DNA of 31,226 nt. Source: Candidatus Calditenuaceae archaeon (GTDB lineage: Archaea; Thermoproteota; Nitrososphaeria_A; Caldarchaeales; Calditenuaceae). A program made the position numbers and the translations under genes. Under the pieces are notes generated by a model. That model was not told where the DNA came from. It made no database searches and saw only the letters and a program-made list of their open reading frames with translations. This document shows, piece by piece, positions 29,526-31,226 of the stretch. Every line of letters begins with the position of its first letter. Within the stretch, counting starts at the first letter, position 1. The DNA lies in assembly GCA_025059595.1 (NCBI GenBank), contig JANXDI010000009.1, forward strand, positions 1 through 31,226. The letters are read 5' to 3'.

Positions 29526-31226
29526 ATGAGAAAAGAATCTACTCTGCTTCTAGCCACGGTGTTGCTGCTGCCGCTACTCCTGAACCCCGCATATGCGCAG
29601 GAGTTGCCGAGGGCAGATACAGTCTACCACTCCTCAGACTGGGGCCCACCCAAAGGCTTCAACCCATTACTACCGAGCTATGACTGGGGCACCCTACTGA
29701 TGTATCCCGCGCTCTTCATGTATAGCAGATTCAGCGACGAATGGATACCCTATGTGGCTGAGAGCTATAGATGGGTTGATAAATACACGCTCGAGGTAAA
29801 GATTCGGCCCGAAGCCAACTGGTGGGACGGCAGACCCATAAGCGCTAGCGACGTAAAATACACCTTCGAGCTCGGAAAGAAATACACCATCGGAGCACTA
29901 ACACCTATGTGGGACTATATCGAGCAGGTTAAAGTAGTAGACCAGAAAACGGTTCAACTAGTTACCAGCGAGGCGAAGCTGAACTACTTCCAGCTCCTCG
30001 GAATTCTGACGACATTCATACTGCCTGAGCATAGATGGTCGGCCCTCGAGAGGGAGCTGGGAGGGAAGATAGCCAGCGAGTATATGGAGCGGGACCCCGC
30101 CCAGATAGTGGGAGGGGGACCCTATAGGCTCCTGAGATTTACTGAGGACTCGTTCTGCTACGTGAGGGTCGATAACTGGTGGGGGAGAAACCTCTTCGGC
30201 CTCCCAAGACCAACCTACGTATGTCACAGAACGTTCAAGGATAACCCCGCGGCGGCCCTAGCATTCGAGGCCGGCGAACTGGACACTATGACCCACTTCA
30301 CGCCCAAGATTTGGGAGCTTTGGGAAGTCAAGGGTCTGGAGAGGCGCACATACTTCGCCAAGCAGCCCTTCTATCTGGGAGACAGCCCAATCCTACTATA
30401 CATGAACTATGAGAAGAAGGGTCTGGCAGACCCCAACGTCCGTAAGGCCATCGCCCACGCGATACCATTCGACGAGCTGATAAGCAAGCCCTATTACAAC
30501 TACAGCATTCGCGCATCACCATCCCTCATAGTCCACACAAGCCCGGCGGCCAAGTACATCGACAAGAAACTAGAAGGCATGTATCCGGTCTATGACTTAG
30601 CTAAGGCAAGGAAGATTCTTGACGACGCGAACATCAAGGACCGAGACGGGGACGGGTGGAGGGAGCTTCCAGACGGGACGCCTCTGAAGGGCTTCACCAT
30701 CCAAGTGCCCTACGGATGGACTGACTGGATGGCCATGTGTGAGATTATAGCAAGCAACCTCAAGCAGATTGGTATAGAGGTTACTACGGAGTTCCCGGAC
30801 TTCACCGTCTGGTGGCAGAGGTCGATGGATAAGCAGCTTGACCTCAACCTCGGATGGTCGGCCGGTGTTGGATTTGCCCATCCGTGGAACGTCTTCAGAA
30901 TGGTGATGGACCCGAGGCTCTCGATGCCTGCAGGCAACTGGGCCAACTATAAGAACCAAGAAGTTGTCGCGCTGATCGACGCTATACCAAAGGAGACAGA
31001 CCCGGCCAAGCTCCAGCAATACTACAGCAGGCTACAGGAGATCTTCCTCAGAGACCTGCCCGGTGTTCCGTTATTCTACGGAGCGACATGGTATGAATAT
31101 TCAGCACAGTTCTGGGTAGGTTGGCCAGCCGAGGAGAATCAGAGATGGTTTGACGGCATGTACGGAGACAGACTGATAAACAGCCTTCCGATATGGTTCT
31201 ACATCGCTAAGAAGGGGCAGGACCCC
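29526..31226 (+). CDS. ABC transporter substrate-binding protein, family 5 (oligopeptide/dipeptide/oligosaccharide type). Partial; it continues beyond the window.
   Basis: Hand translation gives 567 uninterrupted codons to the window edge; it is not in the track. The signal peptide is MRKESTLLLATVLLLPLLLNPAYAQ. Typical family-5 segments follow (WDGRPISASDVKYTFE, GGGPYRL, NPAAALAFEAGELD). The minus-strand track ORFs here are shadows. Confidence 0.85.
   Translation, partial: MRKESTLLLATVLLLPLLLNPAYAQELPRADTVYHSSDWGPPKGFNPLLPSYDWGTLLMYPALFMYSRFSDEWIPYVAESYRWVDKYTLEVKIRPEANWWDGRPISASDVKYTFELGKKYTIGALTPMWDYIEQVKVVDQKTVQLVTSEAKLNYFQLLGILTTFILPEHRWSALERELGGKIASEYMERDPAQIVGGGPYRLLRFTEDSFCYVRVDNWWGRNLFGLPRPTYVCHRTFKDNPAAALAFEAGELDTMTHFTPKIWELWEVKGLERRTYFAKQPFYLGDSPILLYMNYEKKGLADPNVRKAIAHAIPFDELISKPYYNYSIRASPSLIVHTSPAAKYIDKKLEGMYPVYDLAKARKILDDANIKDRDGDGWRELPDGTPLKGFTIQVPYGWTDWMAMCEIIASNLKQIGIEVTTEFPDFTVWWQRSMDKQLDLNLGWSAGVGFAHPWNVFRMVMDPRLSMPAGNWANYKNQEVVALIDAIPKETDPAKLQQYYSRLQEIFLRDLPGVPLFYGATWYEYSAQFWVGWPAEENQRWFDGMYGDRLINSLPIWFYIAKKGQDP

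Noticed and set aside
1-31226. A whole-window scan for CRISPR arrays, IS elements with terminal inverted repeats, rRNA, and large direct or inverted repeats.
   Set aside because: No regularly spaced 24-37 bp repeats, transposase-like ORFs or rRNA-like sequence were seen by eye. An exhaustive repeat search was not possible without tools.

Overview
This is an archaeal chromosome segment. The evidence is aIF5B, ribosomal protein S6e, AlaX and a TATA-box/leaderless promoter layout. Gene content and the roughly 60% G+C core suggest a hyperthermophilic crenarchaeon (Thermoproteota), which cannot be verified here. The window falls into three compositional blocks.

(1) 1 to ~3.5 kb is the right-hand end of an integrated plasmid/provirus-like replicon. 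It holds a tightly coupled minus-strand operon: AbrB-like, ORF245, ORF54, then a prim-pol/P-loop Rep. The Rep runs off the left edge and is missing from the supplied ORF track. The block also has a divergent wHTH gene, two 25-bp palindrome-containing operator repeats and a Zn-ribbon ORF. It ends at a promoter-equipped 24-nt tRNA 5' fragment (3503-3526) that looks like an att junction.

(2) ~3.1 to 16.4 kb is a low-G+C accessory island. Hand counts on single 60-nt lines give about 40-47% here against 58-62% in the flanks. It contains a 5'-truncated P1B-ATPase remnant abutting a nonsense/frameshifted/truncated Zn-ADH pseudogene. It also has two paralogous sugar-type ABC uptake cassettes (binding protein plus two permeases each, no ATPase), a Gfo/Idh/MocA oxidoreductase, an MBL hydrolase, a PPOX-family protein and an M20 peptidase. 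A ~0.7 kb gene-poor boundary follows.

(3) 16.6 to 31.2 kb is GC-rich core DNA. It carries a membrane-anchored SagB-type nitroreductase paired with a four-histidine membrane protein, an MscS-like channel, DUF2961/GH172, AlaX, S6e, a retropepsin-like protease and a two-domain VOC dioxygenase. Then come a Znu/Tro-type metal uptake operon plus Lrp/AsnC, an LLM oxidoreductase, aIF5B and an HD-domain protein. A family-5 ABC binding protein runs off the right edge and is also missing from the track.

No rRNA, intact tRNA, CRISPR array or IS element was seen. Most remaining track ORFs are antisense or alternate-frame shadows. All family calls come from reading motifs by eye; no database search was possible.
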